Below, one piece after another: positions 9,121 to 19,565 of a DNA stretch of 64,000 nt (position 1 is the first letter of the stretch; each line of letters begins with the position of its first letter). The DNA lies in assembly GCA_963811165.1 (NCBI GenBank), contig CAWEQH010000001.1, positions 96,001 to 160,000 of the forward strand, read 5' to 3'. Source of the stretch: an uncultured Nitrospiraceae bacterium. GTDB taxonomy: Bacteria > Nitrospirota > Thermodesulfovibrionia > Thermodesulfovibrionales > UBA6898. The translations under genes were made by a program, and so were the position numbers. Under the pieces are notes generated by a model. That model saw nothing but the letters and a program-made list of their open reading frames with translations, was not told where the DNA came from and made no database searches.

Positions 9121-11325
9121 ATGAAGGAACACGAAAGGGAATTAGAGATCCTGCGGAAAGCCCTGGCCGAGGCCGAAAAGGCCGGCGATGTTACGGGTAC
9201 GGTAAAGAGCTATTACCAAAAAGGGGTGGTCCATCAGAAGCTGTATGATTACGACAAGGCACTGTGGGCCTTTCAAAAATCACTTGAAACAGCGGAGAGG
9301 GCGGGCGATATTGTCTGGATATCGAGGAACTACCATGGGATGGGCGTCGTGTATCAGAAGAAAAGTGAGTACGACAGAGCCCTTGATTTTTTCCAGAAGT
9401 CCGTTGAGCTGGTCGAAAAGACTGGCGATGCGTGCGGCTGCGCACGGAGCTTTAATCAGATTGGGATAGTCTATCAAAAGAAAAGCGACTACGGAAGGGC
9501 GCTTGAGTTCTTTCAGAAGTCCCTCGATATCGCAGAAAAGACGGGTGATACGGATATGATATCCGTCTGCGCACTGAACATAGGAATAGTCCATCAGAAA
9601 AGAGGCGAATACACCAGGGCACTCGAATATTCCCTGAAGGCCCTCACAACAAAGGGAAAAAACGAGGCCAAGGTTCTGAGGATATACGGGCAGATGGGTC
9701 TGATTTATAAGTTGAAGGGAGACTATGACGGGGCCCTCGAATATACCCATAAGGCCCTTGAAATAGCCGAGAGGTTAGGAGATATGGCAGGGATTGCGAC
9801 GGGCTATAATCAGCTTGGCATGATCTGTCAAAGCAGGGGGGATCAGGGCCGCGCCCATGAGTTTCATATCAAGGCGCTTGAGATGGCCGGAAAGATCGGT
9901 GACCTTGCCGAGGTATCGAAGAGTTATCACCAGATAGGGATCGTGCATGAGAAAAGGGGCGATTATGACAGCGCCAATGAGTATCACCTCAAGGCCCTGG
10001 AGATAGCCGAAAAGATAGGGGATCTCGCGGAGGTTGCGATGAGTTATCATCAGATAGGGGTGGTCCATCAAAAAAGAGGCGACTACGAAAAGGCCCTGGA
10101 GTTTTCTCAGAAGGCCCTTAAGGTCTCAGAAGATATCGGCGACCTCGCGGGAACTGCCATGAGTTGTTACCAGATAGGGGTGGTTTACCAAAAGAGCGGC
10201 GACTACGACCGGGCGCTTGAGTTTCATCAGAAGGCTCTCGGCATAAGCAACAAGACAGGCGACAGCGTGGGTGTCTCAAAGAGTTATAACCAGATAGGCA
10301 TTGTGCATGAGAAAAGGGGAGATTACAGCTGGGCGCTTGACTATTTTCAACAGTCCATCGAGATCGCTGAGAAGATAGGCGACATAGACATGGTATCGGT
10401 CTGCTATCAAAATATAGGAATAGTGCACGAAAAGAAAGGCGACTATGACAGTGCCCTCGACTATTCCCGCAGGGCCCTTCATATAAGAGAAAAATCAGAA
10501 GACTCTTACAGGGTCTTAAGGATATACGGGCAGATGGGCCTGCTTTATAAGCTCAAAGGTGAACATAATAAGGCGCTTGAATATACCGGCAAGGCCCTCG
10601 AGATAGCCGAAAGGGTGGGAGATTTCGCCGGGGTAGCGATGAGTTATAACCAAATTGGAATGGTCCACGAAAATAGGGGCGACCACGGGAAAGCTCTTGA
10701 TTTTTACCAGAAAGCCCTTGAGATCAGCAAAAGGATCGGGGATGTCGCCGAGGTATCGAAGAGTTATCACCAGATCGGGATAGTGTATCAGGACAGGGGT
10801 GACTACGCCAATGCCCTTGAGTTTTTCCGGATGGCCCTCGAGATCAGTGAGAGGATTGGGGACATTTCCGGCATCTCAAAGAGTTACCACCAGATGGGGA
10901 TGGTCTACGAAAACAAAGGGGACCATGAGAAGGCCCTCGATTTCCATCAGAGGGCCTTTGCGATAGCCGAAAAGATCGGAGATATCGCCGGCGTGGCGAA
11001 GAGTTATCACCAGATGGGAATAGTCTATCAGAACAGGGAAGATTATGACGTGGCGCTCGAATTCTACCAGAAGGCCCTTGAGATAGCGAAGAGGGTCGGA
11101 GATATCGCCGGCGTGGCAAGCAGCATAGGAATGATCGGAAAGGTGATGCAGAACAAAAAGAATTATAAAGACGCCTTCATAGATTTTCTTATCTCACTCG
11201 ATATATTCGAAAAACTCGGCTCCCCCAATGTCAACACTGTCCACGGGTTTATTACCAAGCTTACAAGAGAAATGGGAGACGAGGATTTCAATAAGTTGCT
11301 TGAAGAGCTGAAAGACCGCGCCTAA
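9121..11325 (+). CDS. Tetratricopeptide-repeat protein (about 17 repeats, 40-aa period)
   Basis: Repeated SYHQIGIVY..RGDY..ALEF.QKALEI.E.IGD units. Confidence 0.93.
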   Translation: MKEHERELEILRKALAEAEKAGDVTGTVKSYYQKGVVHQKLYDYDKALWAFQKSLETAERAGDIVWISRNYHGMGVVYQKKSEYDRALDFFQKSVELVEKTGDACGCARSFNQIGIVYQKKSDYGRALEFFQKSLDIAEKTGDTDMISVCALNIGIVHQKRGEYTRALEYSLKALTTKGKNEAKVLRIYGQMGLIYKLKGDYDGALEYTHKALEIAERLGDMAGIATGYNQLGMICQSRGDQGRAHEFHIKALEMAGKIGDLAEVSKSYHQIGIVHEKRGDYDSANEYHLKALEIAEKIGDLAEVAMSYHQIGVVHQKRGDYEKALEFSQKALKVSEDIGDLAGTAMSCYQIGVVYQKSGDYDRALEFHQKALGISNKTGDSVGVSKSYNQIGIVHEKRGDYSWALDYFQQSIEIAEKIGDIDMVSVCYQNIGIVHEKKGDYDSALDYSRRALHIREKSEDSYRVLRIYGQMGLLYKLKGEHNKALEYTGKALEIAERVGDFAGVAMSYNQIGMVHENRGDHGKALDFYQKALEISKRIGDVAEVSKSYHQIGIVYQDRGDYANALEFFRMALEISERIGDISGISKSYHQMGMVYENKGDHEKALDFHQRAFAIAEKIGDIAGVAKSYHQMGIVYQNREDYDVALEFYQKALEIAKRVGDIAGVASSIGMIGKVMQNKKNYKDAFIDFLISLDIFEKLGSPNVNTVHGFITKLTREMGDEDFNKLLEELKDRA

Positions 11326-11346
11326 GCTCTCGTTGACAAGGATAAT

Positions 11347-11895
11347 TTACCCCCCCGCTGCTTTGATCGCCGCCTGGATGCCTTTGCTGAACTCCGTAGG
11401 GACGGTGGTCATTCTCCCGGCAAGCTCCCTGTCAAGCATCATTGTCCCCTGGGGATCATCTTTGATAATCTTTAATTGAGCGATGATCTCGTTATCATTG
11501 CTCTCTTCCTCGACCTGTTCGGTCACGTACCACTGAAGAATAATCCGGGTAGCGTGGTCCTTTTCGGCAATGGCAAGTTCCATCAATTCATTGATAGATT
11601 TAGTGATAAACTGCTCATGCTCGAGCGTTTTATTAAACATATCCAGCGGAGATTCAAACGATGACGGAGGTTCGGATATCGCCTTCAATAAAGCCCTGCC
11701 TCCCTGGAGATTGATATATTCATAAAATTTCATGGCATGAAACATCTCCTCATGATATTGAACCATAAACCAGTTTGCTAAGCCTTTCAGCCCATTGCTT
11801 GAGCAGTACGACGACATGGACATGTAAAGATACGCCGAATACAGTTCCCTATTCATCTGCTCGTTTAAAGACTCTTCCATCCTCTTGTTCAACAT
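11347..11895 (-). CDS. ftn: Non-haem ferritin
   Basis: ELYSAYLY, EEMFHA, HEQFIT, EQVEEE ferroxidase residues. Confidence 0.93.
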   Translation of the reverse strand: MLNKRMEESLNEQMNRELYSAYLYMSMSSYCSSNGLKGLANWFMVQYHEEMFHAMKFYEYINLQGGRALLKAISEPPSSFESPLDMFNKTLEHEQFITKSINELMELAIAEKDHATRIILQWYVTEQVEEESNDNEIIAQLKIIKDDPQGTMMLDRELAGRMTTVPTEFSKGIQAAIKAAGG

Positions 11896-12070
11896 AATCG
11901 ATCTCCCTTATTGTAAAGGTCTTTAGCGCTAGCAGTATAATTTAAGCACAAAAATAGCCATCTGTCACGTCTTGGTGTGGCCTTTGACCCGAGCATGATC
12001 GAAAGGGAATCCTTCCCGCAGCCATGAATAATCAGAATGAGGGTTCTGAGTAAAGATTGCCAAAAATAAA

Positions 12071-12210
12071 AAAGTGGTGCTTGCATCCCCTCTTCTCTCA
12101 GCGGTTTGTACATCATGAGACTTACAGCCTTAGACTCTTACGTCTGAACCTTACGTCTTACGACTTTACAACCTGCTGCTGAGCATTGAGAGGAGCAAGG
12201 CCACCACTTT
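12071..12210 (-). ncRNA. Candidate rod-shaped ncRNA (family not recognised)
   Basis: Nested inverted repeats (AAAGTGGTG/CACCACTTT, CTTGC/GCAAG, CTCAGC/GCTGAG); upstream TTGACA on the minus strand; followed by a T-tract. Confidence 0.55.
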
Positions 12211-12317
12211 GGTGAGCTGCTTGCCCGTCAATTACATTAGGCGCTTTTTCAGAGGGTTTGTCAAGTTTTTTTATGTATTTTTTATGTGCGGGTGATAAAG
12301 CAGAATGCGGCTTTTCA

Positions 12318-14972
12318 TTATTTTAGATACGCCCTCGCCTGTCCATGCACAGCAGGACATGTCTCCTCCGACACATGCTGCACAATTCTTTCGAGAGCTG
12401 CTCTTACCCTGGTCTGCAGCGGGGACCTCAATTTCCTGACATGCTGGAATGTATTAAGGAGACGGCCGGTGGTAGTTGCATTGATGGGAGCAAACTCAAT
12501 CACGGTATCCGCAAGCCAGTTGATGCCGCGGTCGGTCCAGACCATCTTATTATTAGAGGCCATAGGCAGAAACAGTGCCCGGCTCCAGGTGGGCTGAGTG
12601 ATGTCGAACTCCGGCCGGCCCTTTTCCACTTCTATCATTTCAAAGACATCCTCTCGTGTTCCGCTTGCAACTATCCTCAGGTAATTGGCGTAACCGCTTA
12701 GATGGGAATGCCAGGCCGTATAGGCTTCGTCTAGGACCTTTTTCCTTTGTGGTGATGAACTGCGGTTAAGGGCCAGGAGAGCCGTCACACGGTCGGTAGC
12801 AGTCGTAGCCGAATAGAAATGGTCAAGGATTATTCCGTGACTATCTTCAGAGTCGTCAGCTGCGATCAGATCCAAAAGCACCTGCTTTAGCATGCGCGCC
12901 TCGATACCATCTTTGTGGGCCCTTGTACTCGCCTCGGAATAGGTATCGAGACCCGAGAACCCCTCAAGAAGTCTGTCAAGGTATCTGCGGGTAACCGAGA
13001 GCATAAGTTTTTCCCGGGCATCGACAAGTTCCTGATACCACGTAGAGTATTCCCGGTTCATGGGTTGTTCGTCGATACGAAGAAAATATGCCTTCAGTGA
13101 GTGGGGCATGTCCTCGGTTGAAAGGACCTCGCCGTAAAGTTCGATCCACTCCGGGCTCGCCTCTTCCCCGGGATCCAGCAAAAGCCTGATCCTTTCGATA
13201 TCGGTGAGCTGACGGAAGGCATCCACCCTGTTGTAAGCATTCGGATCGAGGCGCGCCTGAAGAATAAGGACTTTAGGATCAGTCTCCCTATAGCCGAAGG
13301 TCCCGTAGAAAGAATAGTCGCGGTTCATGGAGGCAAAGGCCGGAGGCGAAGAAATGCCCTCAAAAACCATCTCACTTTCCGGCTCGCCAAATTGATATAC
13401 TTTCTTTGTCCCCGGGATATCCTTCCCGGCAAAGTCCACGAGGGCCAATTCTATCGGCAAATGAAAAGGTTCGTGTCCCGGCTCGACCTCCTGCCGGAAA
13501 CGGATACGATACAGGCCATTGGGCTGATCATACTCGGTAGCGGCCGTGACTTTCGGATACCCGATTCTGTATAGCCACTCCTTTTTGAATTGCCCAAGGG
13601 ATTGTCCGGAGATTTCCTCAAAGCACTGGAAGAACTGATCGGTATTCGCATTTCCATTGCGGTATCGTGAGAAATAGAGTGTCTTTCCCGCGTGAAAGTT
13701 CTTATCACCCAGTATAAGCCTCAGCATCCTAATTACCTCAGCAGCCTTGACATACGTAACTCCATCGATGAGTTCGTCCGGATCGTTGAATCCGTCACGG
13801 ACAATTTTTCCCGCATGTCCTGCGTCTTCGATCGCCAGCGGGCCAAGGAGGGGGTTCCGAATGCTGTCTACCTGATACAGGCGTATGAATGCCGGATCGA
13901 AGATCTCGGCCATGAACTGGCGCTCGACGTCAACAGTATAAGCCTCGTTCAGCCAGACATCAAAGGGCGTCTCCATTGTTGTCTCGCTGCCGCACTGGTT
14001 ATGCTCGAATTCATGAACGATGACCGCGTGGGCGTAAAGCAGCGCCATGTCCAAAGTATGTTCGGTAACTAAGGCGGCGTCGGTCACAATCGTCGTATTT
14101 CCCACATTTTCCATGCCGCCGAAATTAGATTTGTTCATGCATATGGTGCGGTACGTTTCTCCTGTGTACTCATAATCCTGTGTTTTCCTTATCCAAAGGA
14201 TCGATTCCTTAAGGATATCCATCGGCACACGGACATATTTTGAAGCACCCGGCGGAACAAGATATTCGAGACGGACAGCACGTCCCGATTCATAGATCAC
14301 GCTATCAACCAGCGCGTCCCATGTACCGACACAAACGAGGAAAAGATAGGGCGCCATCGGAACACGATTTTCATAGGTTATTATCTGCCTGGAGGGGTCC
14401 CCCGGCTTTGGTACCGGCCCTCCCTCGGGGTTCATGCTCCGGCTGATGTTGCCGTTGCTGATAAGATGGGTGTAGGCCCTGTCGGCTTCGATACTGGTTG
14501 TCATGGTGCACTTCGCCCGGCAATCGTCCACGATGGGCATGATGCGCTGGAACCCCCATTGCTGACATTGTGACACATATTGCTGGGGCATGCCGGGAGG
14601 TGTCGAGTCTTTATAGATGCCCTCCAATATATGGTCGGAGGGAAAGCAGCGGCTTATAGTTCGTATAAAGAACTTTTCAGCCTTTCCCACCCTTCTAGGC
14701 ATTTTTACGACGAGCCTGTTTTTTACCTGGGCGTATTCATAATCCAGGGGCCTTCCCTTATCGGAGGGACCTTCACACCACTCGATTTTTATCATCTCGA
14801 TACCGTTGGCATCAAGGTGAAGCTCGTGCATCGGCCGACGCGCGATCATTTCGAGACAATTCGTGGCTTCCACATAATCACCGGCGAAGTTCAGATACAT
14901 CGTCAGATGATTCAAAGTCACCGGCAAGTCGCCGAAATCCCCGCGCATATATTTAAAACGCTGTTGGCTCAT
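12318..14972 (-). CDS. pepN: Aminopeptidase N (M1 family)
   Basis: GGMEN, HEFEH...WLNE zinc motif, VTYVKAAEV. Confidence 0.9.
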   Translation of the reverse strand: MSQQRFKYMRGDFGDLPVTLNHLTMYLNFAGDYVEATNCLEMIARRPMHELHLDANGIEMIKIEWCEGPSDKGRPLDYEYAQVKNRLVVKMPRRVGKAEKFFIRTISRCFPSDHILEGIYKDSTPPGMPQQYVSQCQQWGFQRIMPIVDDCRAKCTMTTSIEADRAYTHLISNGNISRSMNPEGGPVPKPGDPSRQIITYENRVPMAPYLFLVCVGTWDALVDSVIYESGRAVRLEYLVPPGASKYVRVPMDILKESILWIRKTQDYEYTGETYRTICMNKSNFGGMENVGNTTIVTDAALVTEHTLDMALLYAHAVIVHEFEHNQCGSETTMETPFDVWLNEAYTVDVERQFMAEIFDPAFIRLYQVDSIRNPLLGPLAIEDAGHAGKIVRDGFNDPDELIDGVTYVKAAEVIRMLRLILGDKNFHAGKTLYFSRYRNGNANTDQFFQCFEEISGQSLGQFKKEWLYRIGYPKVTAATEYDQPNGLYRIRFRQEVEPGHEPFHLPIELALVDFAGKDIPGTKKVYQFGEPESEMVFEGISSPPAFASMNRDYSFYGTFGYRETDPKVLILQARLDPNAYNRVDAFRQLTDIERIRLLLDPGEEASPEWIELYGEVLSTEDMPHSLKAYFLRIDEQPMNREYSTWYQELVDAREKLMLSVTRRYLDRLLEGFSGLDTYSEASTRAHKDGIEARMLKQVLLDLIAADDSEDSHGIILDHFYSATTATDRVTALLALNRSSSPQRKKVLDEAYTAWHSHLSGYANYLRIVASGTREDVFEMIEVEKGRPEFDITQPTWSRALFLPMASNNKMVWTDRGINWLADTVIEFAPINATTTGRLLNTFQHVRKLRSPLQTRVRAALERIVQHVSEETCPAVHGQARAYLK

Positions 14973-15175
14973 TACGAATTTCTCCTCTGTATTTCGACAA
15001 CAAATAGATTACGGCTTTTTCGCACAGTTGTCATCTCTTTCCAGGATGTTGAAGATTCCCCAGGTTCCACGGCACTCCCCCGGAAATAGATACACCGGCC
15101 GGATTATCCAGACCTTACGAGACAGAATCAAGCAATACGCTGGGCCGAATCATGAAAAAATGACAACATGAATAT

Positions 15176-16450
15176 CTACAGGTTCCCTCTCAATCTCTCT
15201 GCATGCAATATTCTTTTTACCGCCAGCTGATATGCTGCCCTCCTCATCCGGCATCTTCCCTCATCGCAGAGCGAGTAAACATCGTTGAACGCGGTAATCA
15301 TTACGTTTTTAAGTCTCCGGACTACTTTTTCCTCTTCCCAGTATTCGCTATTAAGGTTCTGGCTCCATTCGAAATAACTCACCACGACGCCTCCTGCGTT
15401 TGCGAGAACGTCCGGCACCAGCATTATTCCTTTTTCGAAAAATATCTCATCCGCCTCGGTCGTTGTGGGAGCGTTCGCAAGTTCTAAGACTATCTTTGCC
15501 TTGACGTCACCGGCGTTGTTCTTATTCAGCTGGTCCGATAGCGCCGAGGGTATCAGAATATCGCAATCGCTGACGAGGAGTTCTTCGTTTGTGATGTCTT
15601 TTGCTCCCTCAAAGCCGCTGACCATTCCGTTTTTTCCCTTATGCCTGACCACCTCGCTGATATCAAGGCCTCTTTCTCCCAGTATCCCGCCCCTTGAGTC
15701 GCTCACCGCAATAACTTTATAGCCGCCTTCGAAGAGAATGCGAGCGGCATTTTCTCCGACATTTCCGAACCCCTGTATCGCTACTCGGGCGTCCTTTTTG
15801 TCTAAGCCGGCCTTTTTTAAAGCTTCTTCGAGAACGTATATTCCCCCCAGGGACGTTGAATAGCTCCGGGCCCTGCTGCCCGCAAGTTCGAGAGGCTTGC
15901 CTGTGACCACAGCCGGCACATGCATGCCCTTTATCCTTTCGTATTCATCAAGTATCCAGACCATTATCTTCTCGTCGGTATAGACGTCGGGGGCCGGGAT
16001 GTCCTTGAAAGGTCCGATGTAGTCCGCGATGGCGCGTATATAACCCCGCGTAACCTGTTCAAGTTCATTTCTGCTCAGTTCCTTGGGGTTGACGACGACG
16101 CCGCCTTTCGAGCCGCCGAATGGGATATTTACTACGGCACATTTAAGCACCATAAGAAAGGCGAGGTCCCTCACATGATCAATAGTAAGTTCAGGATGGA
16201 ACCTCAATCCTCCTTTGGAGGGTCCTCTGGCATCGTTATACTGCACCCTGTGGCCAACGAACATCTTTATCTTGCCCGAGTCCATCCTTACCGGAAAATG
16301 AACGGTAAATGATCTTCTCGGCATATCAAGAAGGTCAAGTTCATCCGATGTCAACCCGAGGTCTGAGTAAATCTCCCCCAGTTCACTCAGGCAAAGTTTA
16401 CAGAGGATCGTGTCGTCTGCATGTATCCGATCGTGCTCCCTATTGGCCAA
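15176..16450 (-). CDS. Glu/Leu/Phe/Val dehydrogenase, probably glutamate dehydrogenase
   Basis: GPSKGGLRFHP, PFGGSKGG, DIPAPD, QGFGNVG, NAGGVVVSYFEW. Confidence 0.92.
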   Translation of the reverse strand: MANREHDRIHADDTILCKLCLSELGEIYSDLGLTSDELDLLDMPRRSFTVHFPVRMDSGKIKMFVGHRVQYNDARGPSKGGLRFHPELTIDHVRDLAFLMVLKCAVVNIPFGGSKGGVVVNPKELSRNELEQVTRGYIRAIADYIGPFKDIPAPDVYTDEKIMVWILDEYERIKGMHVPAVVTGKPLELAGSRARSYSTSLGGIYVLEEALKKAGLDKKDARVAIQGFGNVGENAARILFEGGYKVIAVSDSRGGILGERGLDISEVVRHKGKNGMVSGFEGAKDITNEELLVSDCDILIPSALSDQLNKNNAGDVKAKIVLELANAPTTTEADEIFFEKGIMLVPDVLANAGGVVVSYFEWSQNLNSEYWEEEKVVRRLKNVMITAFNDVYSLCDEGRCRMRRAAYQLAVKRILHAERLRGNL

Positions 16451-16548
16451 GAAAATGCCCTCCTTTGCGCATTTTATTCAGCGGAATTTTCTACTCCGCT
16501 ACGACCCTGGACCCCGGGACAAAAGGGCCGGTCTCTAACCGGCACTAT

Positions 16549-17193
16549 TTATCCCTTCAAGATCTTTACACCGGCATAGGTGCCTTCAAGCTCTGCTTTA
16601 AGGGCCTTGAAGTTTCCCGAGCCCTTTGTTCTTATTACGATGTTCCTGTGTCCCTCCTTGACACTCTCATAGGACGTAAGAATGCTCTGCAGGTTGAAAT
16701 CGTATTTCCTTATAATGTCGGCGACATCCTTTATCGAGCCGGGTCTGTCCTCGATTGTTACAAAGATCCTATGGCCTCGGTGCCTTATCCCGGTGATGTC
16801 TATGAGCGCACGGAATATATCCCTATCGGAAATGATTCCTACAAGCTTCCCACTGTCGATTACGGGCAGACACCCTATGTTTTTATCATACAAGACCATG
16901 GCCGCCTCTTCAACAGGCATATCGGGGGCGGTTGTGAAGACCTTCGTCTTCATGACTTCCCTGACACTTGTTTTTTCGAGGAGGTAATGCAGTTCGTACA
17001 TGTCCAGGGAGGTTGCCCTTGAAGGACAGTAATCCTTTATGTCCCTGTCTGAAACTATCCCCCGCAACTTCCCTTGTTCAACGACCGGGACATGCTTAAT
17101 GCCTTTCTCCCTTATCATCTTTACCACATCCGAGATGCTGCTATCCGGCTTTACGCTCACTACCTTCCGCGTCATCCATTCCGATACAAACAT
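16549..17193 (-). CDS. CBS-pair plus ACT domain protein (AcuB-like)
   Basis: Two CBS repeats (GIVSDRD, GIISDRD) and ACT (EDRPG). Confidence 0.88.
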   Translation of the reverse strand: MFVSEWMTRKVVSVKPDSSISDVVKMIREKGIKHVPVVEQGKLRGIVSDRDIKDYCPSRATSLDMYELHYLLEKTSVREVMKTKVFTTAPDMPVEEAAMVLYDKNIGCLPVIDSGKLVGIISDRDIFRALIDITGIRHRGHRIFVTIEDRPGSIKDVADIIRKYDFNLQSILTSYESVKEGHRNIVIRTKGSGNFKALKAELEGTYAGVKILKG

Positions 17194-17210
17194 AATCCCA
17201 CCTCCGTCCT

Positions 17211-17915
17211 TTATACACCAAGATATGCCGTTTTCACATGCGCGTTTTTGAGGATCGATTCGCCGGACCCTTCAAGAACGATCCTTCCTGTCTCAAGGAC
17301 ATAGGCCCTGTCAGAGATCAGAAGTGTCTGCTTCACATTCTGCTCCACAATGAGCACCGTGGCCCCTTCCCGTCTGATTCTGTTTATGACGTGAAAAATC
17401 TCTCTTACGAGTATGGGGGCCAGCCCAAGCGAGGGCTCATCGAACATGATCAGTTTCGGCTTCGACATGAGTCCCCGGGCGATTGCGACCATCTGCTGCT
17501 CACCGCCTGAAAGTGTTCCGCACGGCTGTTTCCTGCGCTTCATCAGGGTGGGGAAAAGTTCAAAGACCATCTCCTTTGTCTTTGGCCGCTCTGTCCTGGC
17601 CGCACCCTTCAGAGATCCCATATCCAGGTTCTCCTCGACGGTCATTTCGACAAAGAGCCTTCTTGCCTCCGGCACATGGGCGATTCCCGCATCGATCAAA
17701 CGGTGAGGCGCCTGTTTATGAATGGGTGTCCCGTTAAAAAGGATCTCTCCCCCCGACGGACTTATGAGCCCTGAGATGGTCTTTAATATGGTTGATTTGC
17801 CTGCTCCGTTTGTACCTATAAGCGCGACAATCTCAAATTCTCCGACATGAAAAGAAACGTCACGGATCACCTGCACGTCACCGTAAGATACGTCTATATT
17901 CTTTATCTCAAGCAC
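17211..17915 (-). CDS. livF: Branched-chain amino acid ABC transporter ATPase
   Basis: GTNGAGKS, LSGGEQQM, DEPSLGLAP; GTG start inferred. Confidence 0.92.
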   Translation of the reverse strand: MLEIKNIDVSYGDVQVIRDVSFHVGEFEIVALIGTNGAGKSTILKTISGLISPSGGEILFNGTPIHKQAPHRLIDAGIAHVPEARRLFVEMTVEENLDMGSLKGAARTERPKTKEMVFELFPTLMKRRKQPCGTLSGGEQQMVAIARGLMSKPKLIMFDEPSLGLAPILVREIFHVINRIRREGATVLIVEQNVKQTLLISDRAYVLETGRIVLEGSGESILKNAHVKTAYLGV

Positions 17916-18630
17916 GCTCCGTCTCTCCCAGATACGCGGTGATGACGAGGGGGTCATTGCCTATTTCCCGGGGCGAACCCTCCGCTATCTTCTCACCATA
18001 ATTCAGCACGACTATTCTGTCCGATATCGACATGATTACCCTCATATGGTGTTCTATGACCATCATGGTGACTCCCCGTTTTTTTATCTTTCCGATGATC
18101 TCTATAGATTCGTTAAGCTCGGATGGATTAAGTCCCGCAAAAGACTCATCGAGCAAGAGCATCTCGGGCGCTGTGGCGAGCGCCCGCGCGATCTCGAGCC
18201 GTTTCCTCTTCCCCAGCGGCAGACCCTTTGACAACAGGTTTCTCTCCTCGATGAGACCTGTGAATTCAAGCACTTCAAGGGCGGCCCTTTCGGCCTCCGC
18301 CTTTGTCTTTGCCCGTAAGAACGACGATGCGATCACATTGTCGAGGACCGTCATCCTCCGAAGCGGCTTTACCACCTGGAAGGTCCGTGCGATCCCGATC
18401 ATGCATATCTTGTTCGGCTTGAAGCGGGAAATGTTTTTACCAGTAAAAAAAACTTCTCCCGCTGACGGCCTGTAAAAACCATTTATCACGTTAAATAGCG
18501 TAGTCTTGCCTGCCCCATTCGGTCCGATAAGCCCGAGAATCTCCCCTTTTTGCACATCGAATGAAACGTCGGTGAGTGCCGCGAGCCCTCCGAAAAACCG
18601 TGAGACGTTTTTGACCGAAAGAAGGCTCAT
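17908..18630 (-). CDS. livG: Branched-chain amino acid ABC transporter ATPase
   Basis: [25 protein letters not shown]. Confidence 0.92.
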   Translation of the reverse strand: MSLLSVKNVSRFFGGLAALTDVSFDVQKGEILGLIGPNGAGKTTLFNVINGFYRPSAGEVFFTGKNISRFKPNKICMIGIARTFQVVKPLRRMTVLDNVIASSFLRAKTKAEAERAALEVLEFTGLIEERNLLSKGLPLGKRKRLEIARALATAPEMLLLDESFAGLNPSELNESIEIIGKIKKRGVTMMVIEHHMRVIMSISDRIVVLNYGEKIAEGSPREIGNDPLVITAYLGETERA

Positions 18631-19565
18631 TATCCTACCCTCCGCCGAAAAAGTTTCCTGAGCTTGGGGAGATCTCCTGCTATGCCGTTTGGAAGAAATA
18701 TGATAATAACGATGAGAAGTATCCCGAACATGCTCTGGTAGGCAACGCCCAGGCGCGGGATTGAGCGTATAAGTTCGGCAAGGAGGACCATGATTAGCGA
18801 ACCGATAATGGGCCCCCAATATGTCGCAACGCCTCCGATCATGACGACCATGATCGCAACGATCGAGATATCGTGCAGGGCGAAGACGACCTTTGGATCG
18901 ATATATCCCATGTAATTCATATAAAAGGCGCCGGCAGCTCCGGTAAACAGGCCGCTGAGGCATAGGGCTATTGTTTTATAAAAGGTCGTGTTTATGCCGA
19001 GGGATTCGGCAGCATCCTGGTCTTCTCGTATTGCGACGAAATAGTAACCAAGCTTCGACTCCACCACCTTCCTGACGGTAAAGAACGTGAGGGCCGCGAT
19101 AAGCAGGATTATGTAGTAATACCATGTCTTTCCCACCCATGTCCTCTCCCTTATCATAATCCCGAGGTCGCCCTGGGTGAAGTCAGTGAGGTTTTCCGCA
19201 GTCACCCTGAGTATGACCCCTATCGCAAGAGTCGCGAGCGCAAAAAAAGGTCCGCGGAGCCTAAGACAGATAAAACCTATGGCGAGTGCGAAGGCGGTTG
19301 CCGCGACAATGCTTAACGGCAGGCCCCACCATCCGGATATTCCGAATTTGTAATAAATAATGCCCGCCGAGTAGGCGCCGACGCCGAAAAAGGCTGCATG
19401 GCCGAACGATACCTGGCCGCAGTACCCGCCGAGAAGGTTCCAGGCCATACCGATGACTGACCACATAATGACGAGTATGAATATATGCATAGTATAGGTG
19501 CTGAACCCTACAAGAGGCATCGAGGCAAGCAGCAGGAGTACAATAAGCGGCAGATACCTCTTCAT
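18630..19565 (-). CDS. livM: Branched-chain amino acid ABC transporter permease
   Basis: [25 protein letters not shown]. Confidence 0.9.
   Translation of the reverse strand: MKRYLPLIVLLLLASMPLVGFSTYTMHIFILVIMWSVIGMAWNLLGGYCGQVSFGHAAFFGVGAYSAGIIYYKFGISGWWGLPLSIVAATAFALAIGFICLRLRGPFFALATLAIGVILRVTAENLTDFTQGDLGIMIRERTWVGKTWYYYIILLIAALTFFTVRKVVESKLGYYFVAIREDQDAAESLGINTTFYKTIALCLSGLFTGAAGAFYMNYMGYIDPKVVFALHDISIVAIMVVMIGGVATYWGPIIGSLIMVLLAELIRSIPRLGVAYQSMFGILLIVIIIFLPNGIAGDLPKLRKLFRRRVG

Noticed and set aside
9121..11325. Regular ~120-bp DNA repeats as a possible CRISPR array
   Set aside because: The repeats are degenerate, in-frame TPR codons without a repeat-spacer structure.
12071..12210. Assignment of the rod structure as 6S or SRP RNA
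   Set aside because: No recognisable 6S central-bubble motifs or SRP domain IV sequence; kept as an unknown ncRNA.
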